This document shows positions 1 through 8,899 of a stretch of 32,000 nucleotides of DNA, piece by piece. The DNA comes from Guyparkeria halopsychrophila (lineage in GTDB: Bacteria > Pseudomonadota > Gammaproteobacteria > Halothiobacillales > Halothiobacillaceae): NCBI RefSeq assembly GCF_044582135.1, contig NZ_JBDODP010000002.1, positions 62,396 to 94,395 on the forward strand. The letters are read 5' to 3'. Under the pieces are notes generated by a model. It saw only the letters and a list, made by a program, of their open reading frames with translations. It searched no databases and was not told the DNA's origin. The stretch's first letter is position 1. Each line of letters opens with the position of its first letter. The position numbers and the translations under genes are program-made.

Positions 1-15
1 GACGCCGCCCGCACG

Positions 16-258
16 ATGGGATTTGTGTTCGTCGGCATTGCCGTCGTCTGGCTGGCCCTGATCAGTGCCTCGACCGCCGCCTTTCTGGTCGGTCTGAGAA
101 TGGAGGCGAGCAGCGAGGATGAGGAGCGCATCGAAACGCAGATCCTGCGTCGGCTTGACCGGATCGAGAGCTTGCTGGAGCACGATCGCGACGCGCGACA
201 GGATCAAGAGGCTCGTGGTGCCGGCGACGGAACGGATCACGAACCACCGGGAAGGTAG
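16..258 (+). CDS. hypothetical small membrane protein (start uncertain; frame is open back to nt 1)
   Basis: 80-aa track ORF. Hydrophobic helix GFVFVGIAVVWLALISASTAAFLVGL is followed by a charged tail. It converges on the prmA stop with a 5-nt gap. No family recognised. Confidence 0.3.
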   Translation: MGFVFVGIAVVWLALISASTAAFLVGLRMEASSEDEERIETQILRRLDRIESLLEHDRDARQDQEARGAGDGTDHEPPGR

Positions 259-263
259 TCGTC

Positions 264-1163
264 TTAGCTCGGTCGGTGACCTGCCACCAGGGCCCAGTCA
301 CCCAACTCACGGAAGGTGGTGACCTGGTTGCCGGCGGCCGTCCAGGCCGCGGCCACGGCATCGGCCTGGTGGCCGAGAATGCCAGATAGCGCGAAGCGTG
401 CGCCCGGCTTGAGGTGGCGGCTCAGCATCGGGGCGAGTGCGATCAGGGTGGGGGCGAGGATGTTTGCCAGCAGCCCGTCGACCTGCCGGTCGGCGGGATA
501 CTCCTCGGCCAGGTATAGCGACAGGCGGGAGGGTTCGAGGTCGTTGAGTTCGGCATTGCCACGGCTCGCGGTCAGTGCCTGCGGGTCGATGTCGGTACCG
601 TCGACCTGGGCCGCGCCCAGGCGCAGGGCGGCGATGGCGAGAATCCCCGAACCGCAGCCGGCATCCAGCCAGTGTTGCCCGGTGATCTCCTGCGATTCCA
701 GCCATTCGAGGCACAGGCGCGTGGTCTCGTGCTTGCCCGTGCCGAAGGCGAGTCCCGGGTCGAGCCGGATCGGCAGGCGGTCATCCGTTGCCGAGCTTTC
801 CTCCCAGGCCGGCTCGATCACCAGCCGCTCACCGATCGGCATGGCGGCAAAGTCGGCCTGGGTGCGGCGCACCCAGTCATCCTCGTCGAACACCGAGTGA
901 CCCAGTCGATCGAGCAGCGCGGGGCGCAGCAGCCCGTGCAACGTGCCGACGATAGTGGCCGGCGAAACGTCCCCCTCGAACAGGCCGACCACGCGGGTCT
1001 CGGCCCACAGCGGCGACTCGCCCGGCTGCGGTTCGAGCACCGGCTCGTCACCGAGCTCCTCCAGGGTGACCGACAGCGCGCCGGCGGCCAGCAGGGCGTC
1101 CTCGACCGCCTCGACGTCGTCGCGAGGCACCTCCAGCCAGAGGTGCTGCCACTCGTCGGCCAT
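264..1163 (-). CDS. prmA: ribosomal protein L11 methyltransferase
   Basis: 299 aa with SAM-methyltransferase motif LDAGCGSGILAIAA and FGTGKHETT. It sits directly downstream of accB-accC. Its ATG overlaps the accC stop by 1 nt (TGATG). Confidence 0.9.
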   Translation of the reverse strand: MADEWQHLWLEVPRDDVEAVEDALLAAGALSVTLEELGDEPVLEPQPGESPLWAETRVVGLFEGDVSPATIVGTLHGLLRPALLDRLGHSVFDEDDWVRRTQADFAAMPIGERLVIEPAWEESSATDDRLPIRLDPGLAFGTGKHETTRLCLEWLESQEITGQHWLDAGCGSGILAIAALRLGAAQVDGTDIDPQALTASRGNAELNDLEPSRLSLYLAEEYPADRQVDGLLANILAPTLIALAPMLSRHLKPGARFALSGILGHQADAVAAAWTAAGNQVTTFRELGDWALVAGHRPS

Positions 1164-2506
1164 CAGGAAATCCCGAGGCGCTTGTGCAGGAAGTGGATGT
1201 CCATGCCACCGGCGATGAAGTTCGCGTCCAACATCAGCTCGCGGTGCAGCGGGATGTTGGTCTTGATGCCGTCGATCAGCATTTCCTCGAGCGCCCCGTG
1301 CATGCGACGGATGGCCGCCTCGCGATCACCGGCGTGGGTGATCAGCTTGCCGATCATCGAGTCGTAGAACGGTGGCACCGAGTAGCCGTTGTAGATGTGC
1401 GAGTCGACCCGCACGCCCAGACCGCCCGGGAAGTGCAGGTTGGTGATCTTGCCGGGGCTGGGGGCGAAGGTGGCCGGGTCCTCGGCATTGATGCGGCACT
1501 CGACCGCGTGACCACGGAATTCCACCTGGTCCTGCGTCAGTTGCAATGGCACGCCCGCGGCGATCGCCAATTGCTCCTTGACCAGATCGATGCCGGTGAC
1601 CATCTCGGTGACCGGGTGCTCGACCTGCAGGCGGGTGTTCATCTCAATGAAGTAGAACTCGCCGTTCTCGTAGAGGAATTCGAAGGTGCCCGCGCCGCGG
1701 TAGTTCATGCGCTTGCAGGCCGCGACGCAGACCGCGCCGATCTCGGCGCGTTGCTCGGCAGTAATGCCGGGCGCCGGGGCTTCCTCGATCACCTTCTGGT
1801 GGCGGCGCTGCATCGAGCAGTCGCGCTCGCCCAAATGGATGGCGTTGCCCTGGCCGTCGGAGAGTATTTGCACCTCGATGTGGCGGGGATGCTCGAGGAA
1901 CTTCTCCATGTAGACCTCGGGGTTGCCGAAGGCCGCGCCCGCTTCGCTCTTGGTCATCTCGATGGCGTGGTGCAGGTGCGCCTCGGTATGCACGACGCGC
2001 ATGCCGCGGCCACCCCCACCACCGGCCGCCTTGATGATCACCGGGTAGCCGACCTCGCGGCCCAGTCGATGGTTCTCCTCGGGGTCGTCAGTCAGCGCGC
2101 CTTCCGAGCCGGGCACGCAGGGCACCCCGGCGGCGCGCATGGTTTCCTTGGCGGTGACCTTGTCGCCCATCATGCGGATGGATTCGGCGGTGGGGCCGAT
2201 GAAGATAAAGCCGGATTCCTCGACCCGCTCGGCAAAGTCGGCGTTCTCGGAGAGAAAGCCGTAACCGGGGTGGATGGCCGAGGAGTCGGTCAGCTCGGCG
2301 GCGGCAATCAGTGCCGGCACGTTCAGATAGGACTCGTTGGACCGGGGCCCGCCGATGCAGACCGACTCGTCGGCCAGGCGGACGTGCTTGAGTTCACGGT
2401 CGGCAGTGGAATGGACGGCCACCGTGGCGATGTCGAGCTCGCGGCAGGCGCGCAGAATGCGCAGCGCGATCTCGCCGCGGTTGGCGATCAGGACCTTGTT
2501 CAGCAT
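1163..2506 (-). CDS. accC: acetyl-CoA carboxylase biotin carboxylase subunit
   Basis: 447 aa. N-terminus [26 protein letters not shown]-grasp glycine loop [14 protein letters not shown], full-length collinear look of AccC. Confidence 0.97.
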   Translation of the reverse strand: MLNKVLIANRGEIALRILRACRELDIATVAVHSTADRELKHVRLADESVCIGGPRSNESYLNVPALIAAAELTDSSAIHPGYGFLSENADFAERVEESGFIFIGPTAESIRMMGDKVTAKETMRAAGVPCVPGSEGALTDDPEENHRLGREVGYPVIIKAAGGGGGRGMRVVHTEAHLHHAIEMTKSEAGAAFGNPEVYMEKFLEHPRHIEVQILSDGQGNAIHLGERDCSMQRRHQKVIEEAPAPGITAEQRAEIGAVCVAACKRMNYRGAGTFEFLYENGEFYFIEMNTRLQVEHPVTEMVTGIDLVKEQLAIAAGVPLQLTQDQVEFRGHAVECRINAEDPATFAPSPGKITNLHFPGGLGVRVDSHIYNGYSVPPFYDSMIGKLITHAGDREAAIRRMHGALEEMLIDGIKTNIPLHRELMLDANFIAGGMDIHFLHKRLGIS

Positions 2507-2564
2507 CTTGGGGAAACTCCTGGGAAGGCGAAAGCGGCTGGATGTGCGTCGGGCAGGCGGTGCC

Positions 2565-3014
2565 TTACTCGATCACGAACAGCGGCTGGTCGTATTCCAC
2601 CGGCTGGCCATTTTCCACCAGGATTTCCTTGATCGTGCCATCGACCTCGGCCTCGATCTGGTTGAACATCTTCATCGCCTCGATGATGCAGATGGTGTCG
2701 CCCTTGTTCACGGTGGTACCCACCTCGACGAAGGCGCTCGAATCGGGCGACGAGGCACGATAGAAGGTGCCCACCATCGGTGAATTGATGGTCTTGCCGC
2801 GCGCCTCCGGCGCCTCGCTGGGTGCCGGTTCGCCTGACGGAGCCGGGGCGCCCGGTTGTGGGGCGTACGCCGGCGCGGCGGCGTGCATCATCTGCGGTTG
2901 TTGGGGGGGTTGGCGCGAGATGCGCACCGACTCCTCGCCCTCCTTGATCTCGATTTCGGCGACGCCCGATTCCTCGAGCAGTTCGATCAGCTTCTTGACC
3001 TTGCGAATATCCAT
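2565..3014 (-). CDS. accB: acetyl-CoA carboxylase biotin carboxyl carrier protein
   Basis: 149 aa. Pro/Ala-rich linker and biotinyl-lysine motif EAMKM near the C-terminus. Lies upstream of accC. Confidence 0.95.
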   Translation of the reverse strand: MDIRKVKKLIELLEESGVAEIEIKEGEESVRISRQPPQQPQMMHAAAPAYAPQPGAPAPSGEPAPSEAPEARGKTINSPMVGTFYRASSPDSSAFVEVGTTVNKGDTICIIEAMKMFNQIEAEVDGTIKEILVENGQPVEYDQPLFVIE

Positions 3015-3043
3015 GAGGGGGTCTCTTTCGTTATGCGTGCAAA

Positions 3044-3505
3044 TCAGGCGGACGGACTGTCCAGATGAGCGATCAGGGCGGTCAGGGCCAGTTCATAGCC
3101 CAGCGCCCCCAGCCCGACGATGCTGCCCACGGCCACATCCGAGAAATAGGAGTGCTGCCGGAACGGCTCGCGGGCATGAATATTGGAGAGGTGGATCTCG
3201 ATGAACGGTCGGTCGATGGCGAGCAGGGCATCCCGCAGGGCAATGCTGGTGTGGGTCCAGGCGCCGGGGTTGATCAGCACCCCGTCCAGCCCATCGTCGG
3301 CCGCACGGTGCAGCCGGTCGATGGCCTCGCCCTCGTGATTGCTCTGGAAGTGTTCCAGTGCGACGCCCCGTCCCTCGCCAAGCCGCTGGGCGGCCTGGTC
3401 GAGACGGCTGCCGATATCGGCCAGCGTCCACCGCCCGTAGCGTTCGGGCTCCCGCGTGCCGAGGCGGTTGAGGTTGGGGCCGTTGAGTACCAGGATCCGT
3501 TTCAT
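3044..3505 (-). CDS. aroQ: type II 3-dehydroquinate dehydratase
   Basis: Motifs [27 protein letters not shown] and [12 protein letters not shown]. The track ORF extends to 3631 with an Arg-rich, non-protein-like extension. I chose ATG at 3505 (MKRILVLNG). Confidence 0.92.
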   Translation of the reverse strand: MKRILVLNGPNLNRLGTREPERYGRWTLADIGSRLDQAAQRLGEGRGVALEHFQSNHEGEAIDRLHRAADDGLDGVLINPGAWTHTSIALRDALLAIDRPFIEIHLSNIHAREPFRQHSYFSDVAVGSIVGLGALGYELALTALIAHLDSPSA

Positions 3506-3775
3506 GGAGACTCGCTCTCGTCGACGGGCGGAATGACCGTGTTCCCGTCGGGTTCGGTGATTTTCCCGCATTGTGCCGGTTGGGGGTGCCGAAGTCACGT
3601 TTTTGGCCGTCGTTTTTTTGCCAATCGGCACCTATTGGCGGATTTTTCACGAAGTTATCCGGGAGGGGATCGAATCCGAGCTCAAAAACCACGTCAAGAC
3701 GGCGCAACGTCCAGTTCCGGCGACTCGCCGGGTCCAGGCCGGTGCCGGATTCGTGCAGACCGTCCCTAATGCAGA

Positions 3776-3798
3776 GAGCCCCGCGGCGGGCGGGGCTC
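3776..3798 (-). terminator. GC-rich hairpin downstream of dsbD (possible terminator)
   Basis: Perfect 9-bp stem gagccccgc / gcggggctc with a 5-nt loop. The tail on the minus strand is only weakly T-rich (tctctgcatt). Confidence 0.35.
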
Positions 3799-3804
3799 AA
3801 GAAC

Positions 3805-3850
3805 GATCAGCGGTTCGAGACGGCCGTGATCAGCGGTTCGAGACCGCCGT
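3805..3850. repeat. 23-bp tandem duplication spanning the dsbD stop codon
   Basis: gatcagcggttcgagacggccgt (3805-3827) is followed directly by gatcagcggttcgagaccgccgt (3828-3850). The copies differ only in the acggcc/accgcc core. The second copy encodes the last dsbD codons (..AVSNR*). Confidence 0.85.
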
Positions 3851-6184
3851 GACATGGCCGAGGAACTCGTCGGGCGGCTGATACCCAACGACCCAGTGCT
3901 GACGCACCCGTTCACCCGAGGCATCCCAGAAGATGATCCCCGGCGGGCCGTACAGGTCGAATCGTTTTAGTAACGCCTTGTGATCGGCATTGTTGGCGGT
4001 GACATCGGCCTGCAACACCAGAAAGCCGCTCAGCGCGTCGATCACGCGCGGATCGCTGAAGGTGTTGTGTTCCATTTCCTTGCAGGAGATGCACCAGTCG
4101 GCATAGAAATCGAGCATCACCGGCTGGCCGGCCGCCTTGGCCTGTGCGAGTGCCTCGTCCAGCTCGGCCTCGTCGTCGACCATGCGGAACTCGAGCTCGG
4201 CGACCTCGCCGCCACCACCCAGCGACAGGCCGGCCAGTGGCGCCAATGGTGTGCCCTTGGCCCCGGCGGCGACGCCGATCAGCATCAGGGCGCCCCAGAG
4301 AAGAAGCACCAGTCCGATCGACTTCCACAGGCGCAGCCAGCCCGAGGCGGCTTCACGCAGCGATTCGGTCGCGCCCATGTAGACCGCCGAGGCGATCAAC
4401 AGCACGGCCCACATCAGCTGGGTGATGGCCGCGGGCAGGAAGCGTTCGAGCATCCAGATCGCCACGCCCAGCAGCACCACGCCGAACACGGCCTTGACCG
4501 CGTCCATCCAGCCGCCGGCCTTTGGCATGTACTTGCCGCCAAGCGTACCGACGAGGATCAGTGGCAGGCCCATGCCGATCGACAGGGCAAACAACGCCAG
4601 GCCGCCGACAACGGCATCGCCCGTCTGGCCGATGTAGATCAGGGCACCGGCCAGCGGGGGGGCCATGCAGGGGCCAACGATCAGGGCCGAGAGGAAGCCC
4701 ATCACGGCCACCCCGGTCAGCGTGCCGCCCTGCTGTCGGTTTTGTGCCTGCATGATGCGCGACTGGATCGAGGAGGGCAGTTGCAGCTCGAAAAAGCCGA
4801 ACATCGACAGGGCCAGCGCGACGAAGATCGCGGCGAAGACGCTCAGTACCCAGGGGTTCTGGAAGGCGGCCTGCAGGTTGGCGCCGAACATGCCGGCCAA
4901 TACACCCGCCACCGTGTAGGTGACGGCCATCGCGAGCACGTAGATCACCGAGAGCACGAAGGCCTTGCGGGTGGTGATGTGCTCACCCTGACCGGCGATG
5001 ATGCCCGAGAGGATCGGGATCATCGGGAAGACGCAGGGCGTGAACGCGAGCAGCAGACCGAAGATCAAAAAGCCCAGCACGATCGCCCAGGGGTTACCGT
5101 CGATCAGGCGCTGGGTGATCATGTCGGTTTCCGAGCCCACTGGGGTGGCTGCCTGGGTCTCGGCGTCGGTCGAGGAACCGCTGCCGGCCGGTGCCTCGCT
5201 GCGATCCTCGCCGAGCGCCGGCATGTCTTCCAGCGGTGTGAGTTCTCCGGCATCGCCCGGCACCTCGTCGAGGCGCTCGGCGCTGTCGGTGGCCGGATCG
5301 ATCCGCCAGGCCTTTTCCATTGGCGGGTAGCACAGGCCCATGTCCGCGCAGCCCTGGTAGCCGATCACCAGGGTGTAGGGGGCATCGGCGTCGATCGACA
5401 GTTCGGTCTCCAACTGATCATGGAAGACCCAGACGGTGCCGAAATTGGGATCGTCCTTGCGCTCGCCCTCACCGATGAACGCGGCACGAATTTCCGCCTC
5501 TTCACTGACGGCTGCCTTGGTGCGACCGCGGTACAGGTAGTACTCGGGCGTGATGTCGAAGCGGACGAATACGCTCCCGTCGTCGACGATCACCTCGGGG
5601 ACGAACGCCTCTTCGGGGTCCATCGGCTCATTGCTGCTGCCACCGAAGAAGCCGCCCAGGCTGATGCCGCCGTCGCGCGAGTTGGCGCCGGCAGTATCGG
5701 ACGTGACATCTGCCGACGCGCTGGCGTCCGTCTGTGGCAGGTCGACGCGCAGTTCGTGGGTTTCCGGCGGGTAGCAGACCCCATGGATGTCCGAGCAGCC
5801 CTGGTACTCGACCGTGACGGTCGCCTCGCCGCCGGGGGCGGAGTCCACCGGTACGCGGGCGGTGAAGTCTTCCTTGTAGACCGCCGTCTCGCCAAAGACC
5901 GGGTCGTCTTCGATCAACGCCTCGGGCAGTCGCGGTTCGCCCAGTTCAATGCCATCGCCGCCGCGGATCTTCAGTTTGTCCTGGTAGAGGTAGTAGCCCT
6001 CGACTACGCGGAAATCGAGGCGCAGCTCGCCATTGTCTTCGCGGGCCTCGACGCCGAAGGCCTCTTCTGGCCCCAGCAACTCGGGCTGGGCATTTGCCGC
6101 CGTCTGCCAGGCGAGGGCAACGGTGACGAGCAGGAAGGTGACGATCCACACCCAGGGGGCGGTCAGGAAGTGGTTTGAACGCAT
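3830..6184 (-). CDS. dsbD: thiol:disulfide interchange protein DsbD with tandemly duplicated N-terminal alpha domain
   Basis: Signal/TM at the N-terminus. Two DsbD-alpha-like modules end in YQGCSDIHGVCYPP and YQGCADMGLCYPP. The membrane beta domain has FTPCVFP and GPCMAPP. The C-terminal thioredoxin domain has WCISCK. Start chosen at ATG 6184 (MRSNHF); the track ORF runs to 6340. Confidence 0.9.
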   Translation of the reverse strand: MRSNHFLTAPWVWIVTFLLVTVALAWQTAANAQPELLGPEEAFGVEAREDNGELRLDFRVVEGYYLYQDKLKIRGGDGIELGEPRLPEALIEDDPVFGETAVYKEDFTARVPVDSAPGGEATVTVEYQGCSDIHGVCYPPETHELRVDLPQTDASASADVTSDTAGANSRDGGISLGGFFGGSSNEPMDPEEAFVPEVIVDDGSVFVRFDITPEYYLYRGRTKAAVSEEAEIRAAFIGEGERKDDPNFGTVWVFHDQLETELSIDADAPYTLVIGYQGCADMGLCYPPMEKAWRIDPATDSAERLDEVPGDAGELTPLEDMPALGEDRSEAPAGSGSSTDAETQAATPVGSETDMITQRLIDGNPWAIVLGFLIFGLLLAFTPCVFPMIPILSGIIAGQGEHITTRKAFVLSVIYVLAMAVTYTVAGVLAGMFGANLQAAFQNPWVLSVFAAIFVALALSMFGFFELQLPSSIQSRIMQAQNRQQGGTLTGVAVMGFLSALIVGPCMAPPLAGALIYIGQTGDAVVGGLALFALSIGMGLPLILVGTLGGKYMPKAGGWMDAVKAVFGVVLLGVAIWMLERFLPAAITQLMWAVLLIASAVYMGATESLREAASGWLRLWKSIGLVLLLWGALMLIGVAAGAKGTPLAPLAGLSLGGGGEVAELEFRMVDDEAELDEALAQAKAAGQPVMLDFYADWCISCKEMEHNTFSDPRVIDALSGFLVLQADVTANNADHKALLKRFDLYGPPGIIFWDASGERVRQHWVVGYQPPDEFLGHVTAVSNR

Positions 6185-6498
6185 TGCTGAACCCATGCTG
6201 AGTAAGACTGGCTGCTCTCGGCCGGCAGGATGACTACCTCGGGGCAGTCGTAGGGGTGATAGTGCTCGATCGCATCCTTGAGATCGTCGATGCGGTCGAG
6301 GCTGGTCTTCATGTGAAGCTGGTATTCCTCGTCGCGGCACAGTTCGCCCTGCCAGTGGTAGGCCGAGCGGACCGGGCCGACGACATTCACGCAGGCCACC
6401 AGCCTCTCGGCCAGCAGGCGCGCGCTGAACTCGTCGGCCGCGCTGGGGTCGTCCAGTGTCGTGATGACCAGTGCTATTGTGCTTTGCTCGATCGTCAT
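6163..6498 (-). CDS. cutA: divalent-cation tolerance protein CutA
   Basis: 111 aa with CutA1-like sequence (VACVNV..., YHWQGE, YHPYDCPE). Sits immediately upstream of, and overlaps, dsbD, the classical cutA-dsbD arrangement. Confidence 0.9.
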   Translation of the reverse strand: MTIEQSTIALVITTLDDPSAADEFSARLLAERLVACVNVVGPVRSAYHWQGELCRDEEYQLHMKTSLDRIDDLKDAIEHYHPYDCPEVVILPAESSQSYSAWVQQCVQTTS

Positions 6499-6800
6499 TA
6501 TCGTGATTGCGTCGGGTCGATGAATCGGTTTTTGTCGTGACCGGCTTCAGCCGGGTCGGCCTTGGTCCAATTGATCGGCAGTGAGTTCCGCCGGGTGGTG
6601 CCTATACTTAAGCCGTGATCGGCCCCGAAGGCCTGGCTGCCCGTTGACTCAAGGTATTGAAGCGCGAGTGGTGGCCTGTCTCCGACCTTGGGTCCTTGTC
6701 TTGGTGTATTCGCCGCGGCGAAGTCCAACCGGCTGTCGACGGCAAGCCTAGCGCCGCAATCGGTAGACGGCAAACAAATCCATCTCAACCCCGAGAAGTC

Positions 6801-7316
6801 ATGCGAAAACTGTCCGGATTCATCCTCTTTCTGCCCCTCCTGGAGCTGGTGCTCCTGATCGCGATGGGCGCGGCCATGGGGTTTCTCGTCACGCTGCTGT
6901 GGATCGTCGCTACCGGCATCTGGGGCGTGTGGTTGATGCGCACCGCCGGTCCCAATGCGATGGCGCGCGCTCAACGTGATGTCGCCGCCACCGGTCGGGG
7001 ACAGATCGACGGGCTGGGCGTGGCGGCCAATTTCCTCGGCGGGCTGATGCTGCTGTTGCCGGGGCCGTTGACCGACCTGCTGGGGTTGGTGCTGGTCACG
7101 CCGTTTCTGCGTCGCCTGGCGTTCGGTGCCTGGCTGGCCGGGAAGATGCAGCAGATCGTGGTCGAGCGTGGTGGGTTCGGCAGCGGTCCGGGTGGCCCGG
7201 GTGGCCCGGGTAGCCCCGATGAGGACGGCAATGTCTACGACGCCGATCCGGACGACATCAGGCGGGATGAGCCGCGTGACCCGCGGCGACTCGATCGCGA
7301 CCGCGATCGCAGGTAG
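6801..7316 (+). CDS. fxsA: FxsA-family cytoplasmic membrane protein
   Basis: N-terminus MRKLSGFILFLPLLELVLLI.., LLLPGPLTDLLGLVLV motif, and a Gly/Pro- and Asp/Arg-rich tail. Start chosen at ATG 6801 (M49 of the track ORF). Confidence 0.75.
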   Translation: MRKLSGFILFLPLLELVLLIAMGAAMGFLVTLLWIVATGIWGVWLMRTAGPNAMARAQRDVAATGRGQIDGLGVAANFLGGLMLLLPGPLTDLLGLVLVTPFLRRLAFGAWLAGKMQQIVVERGGFGSGPGGPGGPGSPDEDGNVYDADPDDIRRDEPRDPRRLDRDRDRR

Positions 7317-7352
7317 AGCAGGGCCGGGTATCCGCGTGCCGCGTTTCGCCGC

Positions 7353-8774
7353 TCACTTCTCGCCGTCGAGAATCCGCCTGGCCAGTGCCTGACCGTTCTC
7401 GAGGCAGTCGCCCACGGCGATACCCTCGCGCCAGTTGCCGATCAACGACAGGCCCGGGTGGTGATCGAGTGCCTGATCGAGGCGCTCGATCCGGGCCAGG
7501 TGGCCCAGTTCGTATTGCGGAATCGCACGTGGCCAGCGGCTGACTCGTTGCCAGACCGGCTGACCCTCGATACCAAGCAGATCACCGAGGTCGTTGGTGA
7601 CCTGGCGGACCAGTTTGGCGTCGCTCATGTCCAGCGCCTCGGGATCCTGGCGCCCGCCGATAAAGGCGTTGATCAGCTTGTGGCCATGCGGGGTGCGGTT
7701 GGGGAACAGGGTCGAGGAGAACAGCGCGCCCAGGGTCCGTCGGCGTTCGCGGCGGGGAATCAGTACGCCAAAGCCGTCAAGCGGATGGGCCAGCACCCCG
7801 GGGGGAAAGCCCAGGGCGACGGCCGCGACCGGCGGGTAGACGATCTCGTCGAGCGGCTCGGCCAGCAGGGCATCCAGGGGGCGTAGCAGTGAGGCGCTGA
7901 CATGTGCCGGCGTGGCCAGTACGAGCCTTTTTGCCTGCCAGCTCGAGCCGTCCTGATCGGTCGCCCGCCAACCCCCATCGTTCGCCTGGACGGCTTGTAC
8001 CCGTCGGCCACAGGCGATCGTGCCGCCGGCGGTTGCATCGATCTCGGCGGCGAGCCGGTCGGTGAGTGTCTGGATGCCGCCGGGGAAGCTGATCAGCTTG
8101 CCCCGCCATTCGCGCGGCATGGGCTCGTTGCCCTCGCGGCGTTCCTGTTTCGCCCGCTTCATGGCGGCAAACCCGCCGCGGATCAGCGAGCCATGCTCAC
8201 GTTCCATGGCAGCGAGTTTCGGCATGGCGGCCTGGACGGACAGTCGGGCCGGATCGCCGGCGTAGACGCCGGAGACGAACGGGTCGACCAGATAGTCGAG
8301 GATGTTCCGGCCCAGGCGGCGCTCAACGAATTGCGCCAGGGTTTCCTCGCCGGTACCGCGACGCACCCAGGGCTCGCGCAGGATGCGGCCGATGCTGCGC
8401 GGTCCGAGCAGCGGATTGAATGGGGCATTGAGCGGATGGGTCGGCAGGGCGAGCATTTGCTTGCCCTTGGCGATATAACGCTTCTTGCCCGCCTCGCCGG
8501 CGAAGATCGCCTCGTCGGTCAGGTCCAGGTCCTTGAGTAGCCGATAAAGCGGCGGCTTGACCATCAGGGTGTTCGGCCCGATCTCGATCTGCCATTCCTC
8601 GTCGCGGCGGCTCTGGATATTGCCGCCGGGCATGTCGCCCGCCTCGAGCACGGTGACCCGCTGGCCGGCCCGCGCCAGCGCCCAGCCGGCAGCCAGCCCG
8701 CTGGCGCCGGCGCCGATGATCAGCGTGTCGGTCGATGGCGTCTTGTCGGAGGCGTCGTGGTCGCTTGCTGTCAT
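7353..8774 (-). CDS. hemY: FAD-dependent protoporphyrinogen oxidase (HemY/PPOX type)
   Basis: 473 aa. Dinucleotide fold IIGAGASGLAAGWALARAG, GGNI..IGPNTL, and DPFVSGVYAGDPARLS typical of PPOX. Confidence 0.72.
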   Translation of the reverse strand: MTASDHDASDKTPSTDTLIIGAGASGLAAGWALARAGQRVTVLEAGDMPGGNIQSRRDEEWQIEIGPNTLMVKPPLYRLLKDLDLTDEAIFAGEAGKKRYIAKGKQMLALPTHPLNAPFNPLLGPRSIGRILREPWVRRGTGEETLAQFVERRLGRNILDYLVDPFVSGVYAGDPARLSVQAAMPKLAAMEREHGSLIRGGFAAMKRAKQERREGNEPMPREWRGKLISFPGGIQTLTDRLAAEIDATAGGTIACGRRVQAVQANDGGWRATDQDGSSWQAKRLVLATPAHVSASLLRPLDALLAEPLDEIVYPPVAAVALGFPPGVLAHPLDGFGVLIPRRERRRTLGALFSSTLFPNRTPHGHKLINAFIGGRQDPEALDMSDAKLVRQVTNDLGDLLGIEGQPVWQRVSRWPRAIPQYELGHLARIERLDQALDHHPGLSLIGNWREGIAVGDCLENGQALARRILDGEK

Positions 8775-8899
8775 GGCATCTCGTGGCGTGGCTGGGCTAG
8801 GCCGTGTGTTTGCCGTGCCCTGTGTTGCTATGTCTGTTCGGGGCTCGAGTGTACTCTACCGGTTCGATCAATTTCGGCAGATGCACTGTCAGGGACGTT

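Noticed and set aside
1184-2632. 482-aa ORF on the plus strand opposite accC. Similar long antisense ORFs: 3980-6178 opposite dsbD, 11550-12770 opposite groEL, 13334-14818 opposite icd, 9188-10054, 22986-23732, 28648-29673 and 30941-31837.
   Set aside because: These are shadow ORFs typical of high-G+C DNA. They lie exactly antisense to genes with unmistakable conserved products. Their translations are Arg/Gly/Ala/His/Asp-rich and low in complexity, with no recognisable motifs.
6185-6340. N-terminal extensions offered by the ORF track: dsbD to 6340, aroQ to 3631, int from 15252, cas6e from 30449, alpA from 17047, deaminase to 11041, fxsA from 6657.
   Set aside because: The extensions are Arg/Pro-rich and not protein-like. 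They overlap upstream genes, terminators or repeat clusters. Internal ATGs with RBS-like sequences or ATGA coupling give N-termini matching the families.
6498-6974. 158-aa minus-strand ORF spanning the cutA-fxsA intergenic region and the fxsA 5' end.
   Set aside because: It overlaps fxsA antisense, its translation is not protein-like (RDQEHQLQEGQKEDE, Arg/His-rich), and it has no motif.
7185-7215. Short tandem repeat ggtggcccg x2 (plus related ggtccg) encoding GPGGPGGPG in the FxsA tail.
   Set aside because: This is an ordinary low-complexity linker in a variable C-terminal tail. There is no evidence of function beyond possible slippage, so it was not reported as a feature.
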